Origin: a virus
DNA length: 64,000 bases
Strand: one strand, 5' to 3'
Virus record (IMG/VR): IMGVR_UViG_3300030387_000087
Coordinates: 45,149-109,148 of that record
The translations under genes were made by a program, and so were the position numbers. This document shows, piece by piece, positions 55,159-64,000 of the stretch; the stretch's first letter is position 1, and each line of letters opens with the position of its first letter. The notes beneath the pieces are model-generated. The model made no database searches. It worked only from the letters and a program-made list of their open reading frames with translations, and was not told where the DNA came from.

Positions 55159-56421
55159 TTGAGAAATAGTATTTTTATTCCAAAAACGATTAATGTTGGT
55201 TATCAGAATCGTTCGGGAACATATACAGGAAAGCTTGCTTATGTAATCTACTATGATGAGAAAGGTAAGCTGCGAAAAGAGACTTCATGGAATGGTTGGC
55301 GAGATAAGAATATTCCAAATGATGAATATGATAATGTTCCAACTGAAGGATTTGTGCTTAATAAAAAAGCAGGTGATTATTCTACAGGTTGGGATCATAG
55401 ACATGCTTATTGTAGAGTATATGATCCACGAGGATTTGAATTTGAGATTACTATCGAGAATTTATTATACATTCTTGAAAACGCAAATTGTATCAAGGGT
55501 AAGGGGCTTGAAGGAGAATTTATATATGGATGGGACGGCAAAGATTTAGTTCTTATGCCAGTAGAATCACCTGATTATAAAGAGATTAGTGAGTTTAATA
55601 AGATTGTCCATAATAACGAATCTATAAAAACTAAGGATTTAATTCTTGGAGCGACATATCTTACTAAAGACAATGAGAATTGGATTTACATGGGACGATT
55701 TGAAACATATGGATATGGTTACGAATTTATGCAGAATGATAAAATTGTAAGAACTAAATCCTATAAAGATATTCCAAATGAACCAACTCGATTTAGATAT
55801 ACAAAAATTTCTTATAAAGGAATTAACAACCTTCTATATGGTAAAATGCATTGGTTTGCAAGATTAAGCGATGGGAAGTATGAATTTGAGCAATTTAAAA
55901 GTGTTCCTAAAAACAAACTTATTAGTTGTCTTGATGATAAATGCACATCTAAATATTCTGAAATTTATAATTCAATGGAATCATCTTATCAATTTTCTCC
56001 TATAGACGATAGCAAGGATAAAATTGTAAATATCTCGTTCGAAGATTTTTATGAAAAAGCAATTAATACATATGTTGATGATGATATAACAAGAAAATAT
56101 ATCAATGTTCGCTTTATGGTAAACAACGATGGAGAATATATTAAATATGAAATGACAACGCCATATAGGTCAGAAGATAACGGCAAATATACTGTTTATA
56201 AATATAGTACCAAGAATATCTATCATGGAGATAAGGAAGTAATTGATATTTTCCCGACAGAAGAAAGAGAAGTGGAAGTACGTTATGGTCAAAAAGAAAT
56301 TCAGACGCATATGATCCCAGTTTCTATTGAAACAGTTTTTGAAAAGTTAAAACCAGTATGTAAGCAGAAATATTTAGCAAATGGTAAAGAATACAAAAAG
56401 GAGTACGAGTTTAATGAATAA
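55159..56421 (+). CDS. hypothetical protein (420 aa)
   Basis: ORF track; RBS aaaggaggaaact + TTG. Confidence 0.5.
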   Translation: MRNSIFIPKTINVGYQNRSGTYTGKLAYVIYYDEKGKLRKETSWNGWRDKNIPNDEYDNVPTEGFVLNKKAGDYSTGWDHRHAYCRVYDPRGFEFEITIENLLYILENANCIKGKGLEGEFIYGWDGKDLVLMPVESPDYKEISEFNKIVHNNESIKTKDLILGATYLTKDNENWIYMGRFETYGYGYEFMQNDKIVRTKSYKDIPNEPTRFRYTKISYKGINNLLYGKMHWFARLSDGKYEFEQFKSVPKNKLISCLDDKCTSKYSEIYNSMESSYQFSPIDDSKDKIVNISFEDFYEKAINTYVDDDITRKYINVRFMVNNDGEYIKYEMTTPYRSEDNGKYTVYKYSTKNIYHGDKEVIDIFPTEEREVEVRYGQKEIQTHMIPVSIETVFEKLKPVCKQKYLANGKEYKKEYEFNE

Positions 56422-56821
56422 AAATGATGACAGAATTTTAGAATTAAAGAAACAGATTGAAACAAAGAAGAAAGCTATCTCTGAAAAGAAGGTCAGATTT
56501 ATTCCTGAGACAAATTGTGTTCTTAATATGGATGGAATGACTATCAACCTTAATGTATGTTCAGATGATGCATTAGTGTTATTACTTATCAGACTTAATT
56601 CATACCGTATGTCGGCAGTTAACCTTGGAATGTCTGATTTTGAAATTTCAGGATACAGCATAACGGCTTGGATTAAGGATATTAAAAGTAAGTTAGAAGT
56701 ATCAAGTCTGAAGAAAGAGGAAGCAGATTTGAAGAAGATGGAGAGTAAGTTGGATAAGCTGCTATCTGATGATAAGAAAACCGAACTTGAGATTGATGAG
56801 ATTGCAAATTTATTGAAGTAA
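56414..56821 (+). CDS. hypothetical coiled-coil protein
   Basis: internal ATG (MNKNDDRIL) after RBS aaaaaggag; overlaps upstream stop. Confidence 0.45.
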   Translation: MNKNDDRILELKKQIETKKKAISEKKVRFIPETNCVLNMDGMTINLNVCSDDALVLLLIRLNSYRMSAVNLGMSDFEISGYSITAWIKDIKSKLEVSSLKKEEADLKKMESKLDKLLSDDKKTELEIDEIANLLK

Positions 56822-56912
56822 AAAACCGACATTTCATGACAAGTCTGAAGCTACATATGGTGGTTGAATGAATTGTAAAGCACAATATATAGTAAAGAAA
56901 GGAAGGAATATT

Positions 56913-57425
56913 ATGAGTAAAACACTAATTGTAATTGATATGCAGAATGATTTTATTGATGGCTCACTTGGTACAAATGAAGCACAGAGTATTGTACCTA
57001 ATGTGGCGAACAAAATCAAGGAGTACAGAGAAAATGGTGATAGTGTAATTTTTACAAGAGATACACACCCAAATAATTATTTACAAACATATGAAGGAAA
57101 GCATCTTCCTGTTGTTCATTGTGTAAAAGATACAATCGGATGGCAGATTTCAGATAAGTTGGATTTTAATATTGAAGAAGATGTAATTATCGACAAGCCA
57201 ACTTTCGGATGGACACATTGGGATGATTTTGATTTTACAGAAGTAGAAGTTTGCGGTCTTTGCACAGATATTTGTGTAGTGTCAAATGTACTTATGATTA
57301 GAGCAAATTATCCTAACATTGATATTACAGTAGATGCAAGTTGTTGTGCAGGTGTAACACCTGAGACTCATAAGGCTGCATTAGAGACAATGAAGATGTG
57401 TCAGATTAATGTGATTGGAGAATAA
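56913..57425 (+). CDS. pncA: nicotinamidase/pyrazinamidase (isochorismatase family)
   Basis: LIVIDMQNDFIDGSLG, catalytic-Cys region VCGLCTDICVVSNV; collinear with Bacillus PncA by eye. Confidence 0.75.
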   Translation: MSKTLIVIDMQNDFIDGSLGTNEAQSIVPNVANKIKEYRENGDSVIFTRDTHPNNYLQTYEGKHLPVVHCVKDTIGWQISDKLDFNIEEDVIIDKPTFGWTHWDDFDFTEVEVCGLCTDICVVSNVLMIRANYPNIDITVDASCCAGVTPETHKAALETMKMCQINVIGE

Positions 57426-57426
57426 T

Positions 57427-58059
57427 ATGGATAAATACATGAGTGTGATAACCAATTTTGGATGCCACTATTCATGTCCATATTGCATTGTAAAGAATAA
57501 TAATCTTCAGATTCCAAAGAGTTCGATTGAAGGATTGGACTCTTTGGACGATGAGATTAAGAAAAATCAGTGTAATTGGGTATCAATATCTGGTGGTGGA
57601 GATCCATTATGGAATTTAGAGAATAACATTGAGTGGTATAAAAAGTTTTTTGATATTACATTAGGAAAAGTCAAGACGGAATTACATACAAGTATGCCAA
57701 ATGTGAAGTCTGCACCGTATCCTTACTTTGACAGAGTGGTATATCATTTACACGATTTTGAGCAGTTAAAGTCTATTAAACGTGTTGGTCACGAAATCGT
57801 AAGAGTCGTATTCGTAGTCACGAAAAATTTCACAGAAGATTTGATAAATAGAATAGCAGTATATTGTCACAATTCAAATGAGATTGATGAATTGAGTTTC
57901 AGACAGATGGTTGATAATCATTATGAAGAAACTGATTATTGTAGAGAATATTTAATAGAAGGACATAAGAAGTTGTGGTGGTATATCGAACAATGCGATT
58001 ACAACTTATACTACTGCGAAAATAAGGTGTACACAGAATATAGAAAGATTGGAGAGTAA
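57427..58059 (+). CDS. radical SAM domain protein (small, QueE/NrdG-like core)
   Basis: FGCHYSCPYC (CxxxCxxC) near N-terminus and SISGGGDPL glycine-rich SAM motif. Confidence 0.55.
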   Translation: MDKYMSVITNFGCHYSCPYCIVKNNNLQIPKSSIEGLDSLDDEIKKNQCNWVSISGGGDPLWNLENNIEWYKKFFDITLGKVKTELHTSMPNVKSAPYPYFDRVVYHLHDFEQLKSIKRVGHEIVRVVFVVTKNFTEDLINRIAVYCHNSNEIDELSFRQMVDNHYEETDYCREYLIEGHKKLWWYIEQCDYNLYYCENKVYTEYRKIGE

Positions 58060-58063
58060 GCCA

Positions 58064-58879
58064 ATGATTAAAATTGATAAATATGAAGTTAAGATTGAGA
58101 AATTCCCTGATGGAACACCAAGAATTAACATTGACAATGAACAGCTTGGAAAAAATATGTATGTCACTGTCACTTGGTATTACGAGAGCAATGATGAACT
58201 TATGTATCTAATCATGATTAAAGGTTGGTTAGATGAACATGGAAGAAAATCATATCTTAAAATGCCATATGTTCCTAATGGTCGTATGGATAGAACAAAG
58301 AATTTTGGTGAAGTATTCACATTAAGATACTTTTGTAATGTCATTAATTCTCTGCATTTTAAGTCGGTTACAACATTGGATAATCATAGTGATGTATCTA
58401 CTGCTTTATTGGATAAATGCAATAATTTTACCTCAAAAGAATTTATTGACAATGCAATTAGAATTGTTGGAATGAGAAATCTTGTATTATATTTCCCAGA
58501 TGCAGGTGCAGCTAAGAGATATTCTGATTTGTTTCCTGAAATTCCATACTGTTATGGAGAGAAGAAACGTGATTGGAAAACTGGAAAAATCCTTGGCTTA
58601 GATATTAAAACAAATGGAATTGACCTAACAAATAAGGCAGTATTGATGATTGACGACATTATTGCATATGGCGGTTCTCTTTATTATAGCGCAGAAGAAT
58701 TAAAGAAGATTGGTGTAAATGAGATTTATGCTTATGCAACACATACAGAAAATTCAATTCTTGATAAAGAAAAGGGTACGTTGATTAAGTCTTTGGAGAA
58801 TAATACAGTGAGAGCATTATTCACAACAAACAGTATTTTTACTGGCAAGCATGAAAAGATTACAGTTATGGAGGTTTAA
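58064..58879 (+). CDS. ribose-phosphate pyrophosphokinase-like enzyme (Prs/Adps family)
   Basis: KFPDGTPRINIDNEQLGKNMYV (Prs N-domain pattern) and PRPP-binding loop VLMIDDIIAYGGSL. Confidence 0.7.
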   Translation: MIKIDKYEVKIEKFPDGTPRINIDNEQLGKNMYVTVTWYYESNDELMYLIMIKGWLDEHGRKSYLKMPYVPNGRMDRTKNFGEVFTLRYFCNVINSLHFKSVTTLDNHSDVSTALLDKCNNFTSKEFIDNAIRIVGMRNLVLYFPDAGAAKRYSDLFPEIPYCYGEKKRDWKTGKILGLDIKTNGIDLTNKAVLMIDDIIAYGGSLYYSAEELKKIGVNEIYAYATHTENSILDKEKGTLIKSLENNTVRALFTTNSIFTGKHEKITVMEV

Positions 58880-58883
58880 AATT

Positions 58884-60350
58884 ATGGATAACACAATGGC
58901 TTTATTACTTAGTGATACTTATAAGCAGTGTCATGATCGTATGTATCCAAAGGGATTAACTAAGTTAGTTTCATATTGGGTGCCTCGAAAATCAATGTTG
59001 GAGAATCAGAATCATATGGTTTTCTTTGGATTACAGGCTTTTATTAAGGAATATCTCATGGAATATTTTCAGAAGAATTTCTTTGAATTATCAGAAGATG
59101 AGATGTTATCTCTTTATACAGATTCAATGGACGTACAGATTGGTAGAGATAATTACGACTTAGAGAAGATTGTGGAACTTCACAGACTTGGTTATCTGCC
59201 ACTTGAAATTAGAGCTTTACCAGAAGGAACACTTGTACCAATGGGAGTTCCTTGTATTGAAATTACCAATACAGATGACAAATTTGCATGGCTTGTTCAG
59301 TGGATTGAGTGTATCCTTCAAGTTGAATTATGGAAGCCTTGCTGTCATGCAACTATTGGTCATATGTATCGTGAGATTGCAGATTATTGGTATAACAAAA
59401 CAACAGACGGTTTACCTGGCAATATGGCTTGTGCAGATTTTGGTATGAGAGGTATGTCTTGTATGGACGAAGCTACAAGATGTTCTGCTTCATGGTTATT
59501 ATCTTTCAATAAGACTTCAACTATTCCTGCCATTACATATGTTGATAAATATTACAATGCTGATTGTAAGAATAATAGTATTGGAATTGGTGCAGTATCA
59601 ACAGAACATTCTGTAATGGGAGCAAATTACTCAATTGATGGTGATGAGATTACATTTGTTAAGAGATTGCTTACAGAATTATATCCAAATACTTCATTCA
59701 GTATGGTTTCAGATACTTATGATTATTGGAATATGGTAAACAATATTCTTCCACAGTGCAAGAAAGAAATTATGAATCATAATGGCAAGTTACTTGTTCG
59801 TCCTGATAGTGGTGATATTGTAGAGATTTCAGTCAAGACAGTAGAAAGATTATGGGATATTTTTGGTGGTTCTATCAACGGTAAGGGTTATAAGGTGTTA
59901 GATCCTCATATTGGCATTATCTATGGAGATGGATGTACTCTTTCTAATGTAGAGACTATTTGGAGAGAGTTAGAAAAGCGTGGATTTGCAGCCAATAACA
60001 TTGCTTATGGTGTAGGTGCATTTTGTTTCACAGCTATTGTCGAGAATGGAAAGATGATTGTTGTTACAAGAGATACTTTTGGAATTGCAATGAAAGCTAC
60101 TTATGGAGTTATTGATGGTAAGAAGCTTATGATTTTCAAAGATCCGAAGACTGATACAAGTCATTTAAAGAAATCTCATAAGGGATGTTGTAAGGTATAT
60201 GAGGAAGATGGTGAACTGAAGTGTCAGGATCAGTTACTCGATATGAACGAAGATAGTTTGCTTACAACCGTATTCAAGAATGGAGAATTAGTAAGAGAGG
60301 ATACATTTGAGGATATTAGGAACAGAATGTATGGAGGAGCAAATGATTAA
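58884..60350 (+). CDS. nicotinamide phosphoribosyltransferase-like enzyme (NAMPT/NadV/Namat family)
   Basis: LLLSDTYKQCH, VSDTYDYW, LVRPDSGD, IIYGDG, TVFKNGELVREDTFEDIR all parallel human NAMPT. Confidence 0.8.
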   Translation: MDNTMALLLSDTYKQCHDRMYPKGLTKLVSYWVPRKSMLENQNHMVFFGLQAFIKEYLMEYFQKNFFELSEDEMLSLYTDSMDVQIGRDNYDLEKIVELHRLGYLPLEIRALPEGTLVPMGVPCIEITNTDDKFAWLVQWIECILQVELWKPCCHATIGHMYREIADYWYNKTTDGLPGNMACADFGMRGMSCMDEATRCSASWLLSFNKTSTIPAITYVDKYYNADCKNNSIGIGAVSTEHSVMGANYSIDGDEITFVKRLLTELYPNTSFSMVSDTYDYWNMVNNILPQCKKEIMNHNGKLLVRPDSGDIVEISVKTVERLWDIFGGSINGKGYKVLDPHIGIIYGDGCTLSNVETIWRELEKRGFAANNIAYGVGAFCFTAIVENGKMIVVTRDTFGIAMKATYGVIDGKKLMIFKDPKTDTSHLKKSHKGCCKVYEEDGELKCQDQLLDMNEDSLLTTVFKNGELVREDTFEDIRNRMYGGAND

Positions 60351-60804
60351 AATCATTGATGGAGATTTATTAACATCAAAGACAGACATAATTGCACACC
60401 AAGTTAATTGCCAAGGTGCTTTTAACTCTGGAGTTGCAAAAGCAATTAGAGACTTTGATGTAGAAGTATATAATGATTATCATTGGTTTTGTTCTGTTAA
60501 TACACCAGAACAATTGTTAGGTAGCGTTAGATATTTTGAGTCAAATTACAATGGAAGAATATATGCGAATTTATTTGCACAAAAAACATATGGATATGAT
60601 GGAAAACAATATACAGATATTGATGCACTAAGAAAGTGTTTTGAGGATTTAAGGATGTATTGTTCATTTGAAAATCTAAGTATTGCAATGCCATACAAAA
60701 TTGGATGTGTTCGTGGTGGTGCAAATTGGGATAAAGTATATGAAATCATTCAAGATGTATTTAAAGATTGTAATGTTGAATTATGGAGGTTGGATAAAGG
60801 ATGA
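60343..60804 (+). CDS. Macro domain protein (ADP-ribose binding/processing)
   Basis: IIDGDLLTSKTDIIAHQVNCQGAFNSGVAKAI matches the macrodomain N-terminal signature. Confidence 0.7.
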   Translation: MIKIIDGDLLTSKTDIIAHQVNCQGAFNSGVAKAIRDFDVEVYNDYHWFCSVNTPEQLLGSVRYFESNYNGRIYANLFAQKTYGYDGKQYTDIDALRKCFEDLRMYCSFENLSIAMPYKIGCVRGGANWDKVYEIIQDVFKDCNVELWRLDKG

Positions 60805-61214
60805 TAAATGAATTTAGAGGAAAATATTATTTTCTCAGTAACTTCTACGAAACTCCTGTAACATGGAATGGATTAACGTATCTTAATAATGAAGCTGCGT
60901 TTCAGTCTGCAAAAACATTTTCAGATAGAGAATGTTTTACTAATTTAGATCCGTCATCTGCCAAAAAGTTAGGTAGAAAAGTTCAATTAAGAAGTGATTG
61001 GGAGAATGTAAAAGATGATGTAATGTATGAAATTTGTAAAGCAAAGTTTTCTCAAAACACCGAGTTAAAGAAAAGACTATTATCAACAGGTAATGAACAT
61101 TTGGAAGAAGGCAATACATGGGGCGATAAAATTTGGGGAACTGTAAATGGAATTGGAGAAAATAGACTTGGAAAAATTCTTATGAGAATTAGAGAGGAGC
61201 TAAGAAATGAGTAA
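60801..61214 (+). CDS. NADAR (YbiA/DUF1768) domain protein
   Basis: YYFLSNFYETPV..YLNNEAAFQSAK..E.VMYEICKAKFSQN matches YbiA/NADAR fold signatures. Confidence 0.7.
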   Translation: MINEFRGKYYFLSNFYETPVTWNGLTYLNNEAAFQSAKTFSDRECFTNLDPSSAKKLGRKVQLRSDWENVKDDVMYEICKAKFSQNTELKKRLLSTGNEHLEEGNTWGDKIWGTVNGIGENRLGKILMRIREELRNE

Positions 61215-61950
61215 TTTTGATGCAAAGACATTAAAGAATGAAATAGTGCAGTGGATCAGAGATTGGTTTGATAAGAATGGTAAGGATTGTAATGCAGTAG
61301 TTGGAATTTCAGGAGGTAAGGACTCAAGCGTTGTAGCTGCTCTGTGTGTAGAAGCTCTTGGGAAAGATAGAGTGTTTGGTGTACTTATGCCGCAGGGAAG
61401 ACAATCTGATATCGAATATAGTCATATGCTATGCAACTTTTTAGATATTCCTCGAACAATCATTCCAATTGGAACAATTGTTAATGTTGCTGAATATGAA
61501 ATTAAAACATCATTAGACGAAAATTTATCTATACAGACAACAACAAACCTTCCTGCTCGTATCAGAATGGCTACACTTTATGCAGTATCTCAGACAATCA
61601 ATGGTCGTGTTGCAAATACATGTAATCTTTCAGAGGATTGGGTAGGATATGCTACCAGATATGGAGACGCAGCAGGTGATTTCAGTCCACTATCGCAGCT
61701 CACAGTTTCGGAAGTTAAGGCGATTGGTCATGAATTAGGACTTCCATCTGAATTAGTAGATAAGACACCTACTGACGGTCTTTGTGGAAAGACTGACGAG
61801 GATAACCTTGGATTCACTTATGACACTCTTGATAGATATATCAGAACAGGAGAAATTAATGATGAGGATATAAAAGCGAAGATTGATTCAATGCATGAGA
61901 AGAATTTATTCAAGCTTCAGCTTATGCCATCATTCCATCCAAATTTTTAA
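61207..61950 (+). CDS. nadE: NH3-dependent NAD+ synthetase
   Basis: PP-loop VVGISGGKDSSV, PARIRMATLYAVS, YGDAAGDFSPLSQLTVSEV; collinear with B. subtilis NadE by eye. Confidence 0.85.
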   Translation: MSNFDAKTLKNEIVQWIRDWFDKNGKDCNAVVGISGGKDSSVVAALCVEALGKDRVFGVLMPQGRQSDIEYSHMLCNFLDIPRTIIPIGTIVNVAEYEIKTSLDENLSIQTTTNLPARIRMATLYAVSQTINGRVANTCNLSEDWVGYATRYGDAAGDFSPLSQLTVSEVKAIGHELGLPSELVDKTPTDGLCGKTDEDNLGFTYDTLDRYIRTGEINDEDIKAKIDSMHEKNLFKLQLMPSFHPNF

Positions 61951-61971
61951 AAACGATAGGAGAATATATAC

Positions 61972-62304
61972 ATGGAAATTTTAAATGTACCAAGAGGATA
62001 TGGCAAGTCAACAAGACTGATTATGAAAGCAGTAGAGACAGGATATCCAATTATTGTGGGAACAGAGAGTATGAAACAGTATCTTTGTGATTTAGCAGAA
62101 AGAATTACTGATAAAGAGGTTAAGATTTATTCTGCATATGAATTTGCTGATATTGATGCAATGAAAAGAGATAAAAATATTCTGATAGATGAGCTGCCAC
62201 TTGTGTTGTCAATTCTGTTAAATACAAACGTGGATATGGCTACTATGACAAGTGGTTCTCTTGAAAGATACGGAATTGAACAATATAAGAAAAGATTGAA
62301 GTAA
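61972..62304 (+). CDS. hypothetical protein
   Basis: ORF track; RBS ataggagaat. Confidence 0.45.
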   Translation: MEILNVPRGYGKSTRLIMKAVETGYPIIVGTESMKQYLCDLAERITDKEVKIYSAYEFADIDAMKRDKNILIDELPLVLSILLNTNVDMATMTSGSLERYGIEQYKKRLK

Positions 62305-62347
62305 AAATGAAAGCGATATTTCATTAGGTTATAGGAGGTAAAAAAAT

Positions 62348-62611
62348 TTGTTTAGATTATTCAAAAAGAAAATTAATACAGAACATTGTCCAATTTGTGA
62401 ATATAACATAAATGAATGTCAGTGTCTTTTTGGTGGTAATTGTCATCCAGATAGGAGTAAAAGAATTGCAGTTGTAACTGACCATTTATATCTATTTTCA
62501 AAAGAGCAGGTGCAACATGTACTAAAGCTTCAAAAATATTGGTGTATTTCTTACGATGATGACGAAAAGAATAACATTCTAAATGAATTTATGGACAAGA
62601 ACAAGAGGTGA
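62348..62611 (+). CDS. zinc-binding protein
   Basis: CPICEYNINECQC; TTG after RBS ataggaggtaaa. Confidence 0.4.
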   Translation: MFRLFKKKINTEHCPICEYNINECQCLFGGNCHPDRSKRIAVVTDHLYLFSKEQVQHVLKLQKYWCISYDDDEKNNILNEFMDKNKR

Positions 62612-62615
62612 TTGA

Positions 62616-62942
62616 GTGTCAAAAGTAAACTATCGAGTGTGTGATATTTGTGGAAATAGAATTCCTGGTTTTGAACTTGATATTACAGGAATTGCTAAAA
62701 GATACATTAATGGCTGTCGAATTTGGAATAAGTTATTTAACAGCTTAGATATATGTGATGATTGCATTGGTAAAATCAAGCGTTTATCAATAGATAAAAA
62801 GGATGAAGAGAAGTACATAAAAGAAGTTTTTGATAAAGCAAGAAATTATGATAATCCAGATTTGAAGTCTGCTTATTATGAAGGTATTGAAGATACACTG
62901 AATGTTTTGAGTCATAAGAGATTAAAGAACTTGCAAAAGTAG
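62616..62942 (+). CDS. zinc-ribbon protein
   Basis: CDICGNRI..CDDCIGK. Confidence 0.45.
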   Translation: MSKVNYRVCDICGNRIPGFELDITGIAKRYINGCRIWNKLFNSLDICDDCIGKIKRLSIDKKDEEKYIKEVFDKARNYDNPDLKSAYYEGIEDTLNVLSHKRLKNLQK

Positions 62943-63008
62943 GAAGAAATTTTGGTTTCTTGGCTTGTCACGAAAATCATACAATATTTAGGACAAAGGT
63001 GATTGATT

Positions 63009-63197
63009 ATGGAAATTGAAGAAAGAGAGTATATTGAACCAGAATCCATAAATGAAGAAATTATAAATGCTATAAATACAGTTAAAGAGTATTGTAGAGC
63101 ACATAAAGAATACGAAGATTGTAGAAGATGTGTTCTTGGAGACGGTATTAATTGTGGATGTAGCCATCCTTATTTATGGGACATTAGAAAGAAGTAA
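63009..63197 (+). CDS. Cys-rich small protein
   Basis: CRAHKEYEDCRRCVLGDGINCGC. Confidence 0.4.
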   Translation: MEIEEREYIEPESINEEIINAINTVKEYCRAHKEYEDCRRCVLGDGINCGCSHPYLWDIRKK

Positions 63198-63285
63198 CAG
63201 AGAATATAACAATGTAATTACAATTAAGGAAAGGATAAATGTTCACATGTGAATAAAGCTGCGCAGCTACTATTGGTGAACAAAT

Positions 63286-63939
63286 TTGAGTAGTACAAAT
63301 AGAAGTAATGCAAGAGATGAGCATATTGCAGATTATTATGTCACTCCTATTAGTGATATTGAATTATTTTTAAAATCATTTCAAAAAGTTGTTCCGTTAA
63401 ATTGGAACAATTCTATTATCGTTGATCCAACTTCAGGAGGTAATCCCAAAACAGACAAAGATGCATATCACCCTATGAGCTATCCAACAGCCATTAAGAA
63501 TATTTATGGGGATTGTGAAATACATACATATGATTTACGAGAAGATAGTTTTGCTGAAAATAAGTGTGATTATTTAAAGGAAAAGTTGTCTTACAAACCT
63601 AATATCATTATTACAAATCCACCGTTTGCTATTGCAACGGATATTATAGAAAAAGCGTTGCAGGATGTAGATGATGATGGATATGTGATTATGTTACTTC
63701 GACTTAATTTCTTTGGTAGTCAATCAAGAGAATGGTTCTTTGAAAAATATATGCCTGAATGGGCTTTTGTACATCATATCAGAATTGGTTTTACAGATAA
63801 GAAAGATAAAGATGGATATACGATTTTTGATAAAGATGGAGTACCTAAACGTGGTAGTACAGATTCTATTGAATATATGCACGCTGTTTGGCACAAGAGT
63901 AATCTAAAGCCCGATTATACAAAGCTTGTATTGATTTAG
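63286..63939 (+). CDS. putative amino-methyltransferase (NPPF motif), likely N6-adenine DNA MTase
   Basis: IIITNPPFAIATDIIEKAL (motif IV NPPF) with upstream VDPTSGGN; TTG start, no internal Met. Confidence 0.45.
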   Translation: MSSTNRSNARDEHIADYYVTPISDIELFLKSFQKVVPLNWNNSIIVDPTSGGNPKTDKDAYHPMSYPTAIKNIYGDCEIHTYDLREDSFAENKCDYLKEKLSYKPNIIITNPPFAIATDIIEKALQDVDDDGYVIMLLRLNFFGSQSREWFFEKYMPEWAFVHHIRIGFTDKKDKDGYTIFDKDGVPKRGSTDSIEYMHAVWHKSNLKPDYTKLVLI

Positions 63940-64000
63940 GAGGGCGAATATGAAATACAAAATTAATATAGAAGAATTATTAAGCAGAATAGTAGAGGTA

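Noticed and set aside
1-64000. CRISPR array or other long tandem repeat arrays
   Set aside because: No regularly spaced direct repeats of 20-40 nt were seen. The repeated elements found are short leader motifs and iteron-like 12-mers, not repeat-spacer architecture.

Overview
This 64-kb window looks like a contiguous piece of a large, AT-rich (by eye) tailed-phage or prophage genome, probably of a low-GC Gram-positive (Firmicutes-like) host: it is AT-rich by eye and uses GGAGG-type ribosome-binding sites. About 140 short, tightly packed and often start/stop-overlapping genes sit almost entirely on the + strand. No virion structural, packaging or lysis genes are recognisable, so this is an early/accessory region. 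Recognisable content in map order is: an XRE-HTH/ParB-like protein; two HicA-like toxin paralogues; a lone minus-strand ImmA/IrrE-type metallopeptidase; a tyrosine integrase followed convergently by a ribbon-helix-helix (RHH) gene, then a consensus sigma70-type promoter and a MazF/PemK-like toxin; a sigma-factor-like protein; a DUF262 (DGQQR) protein; a small TM protein paired with an SPFH/band-7 protein; and two phage tRNAs, Gln(UUG) and Lys(UUU). The tRNAs are embedded in an apparent tRNA end-repair island: GIY-YIG homing endonuclease, Thg1-like 3'-5' polymerase, a Pol-beta-superfamily nucleotidyltransferase, a CCA-adding enzyme with HD domain, a Sir2 sirtuin, and a metallophosphatase interrupted by an in-frame TAA. 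After that comes a DNA-methyltransferase island with one C5-MTase (unusual N-terminus and downstream TRD-like fragments), two Dam-like MTases, one beta-class amino-MTase and a terminal NPPF MTase-like gene. Very acidic candidate DNA-mimic proteins and conserved leader sequences sit among the MTase genes. Finally there is a seven-gene translationally coupled NAD+/ADP-ribose operon: PncA, a radical-SAM protein, a Prs/Adps-like pyrophosphokinase, a NAMPT/Namat-like enzyme, a Macro domain, a NADAR domain and NadE. The tRNA-repair island and the NAD+/ADP-ribose operon are the best candidates for novel anti-defence systems. Coordinates of non-ORF elements are approximate (±2 nt), because I cannot recount every line exactly.
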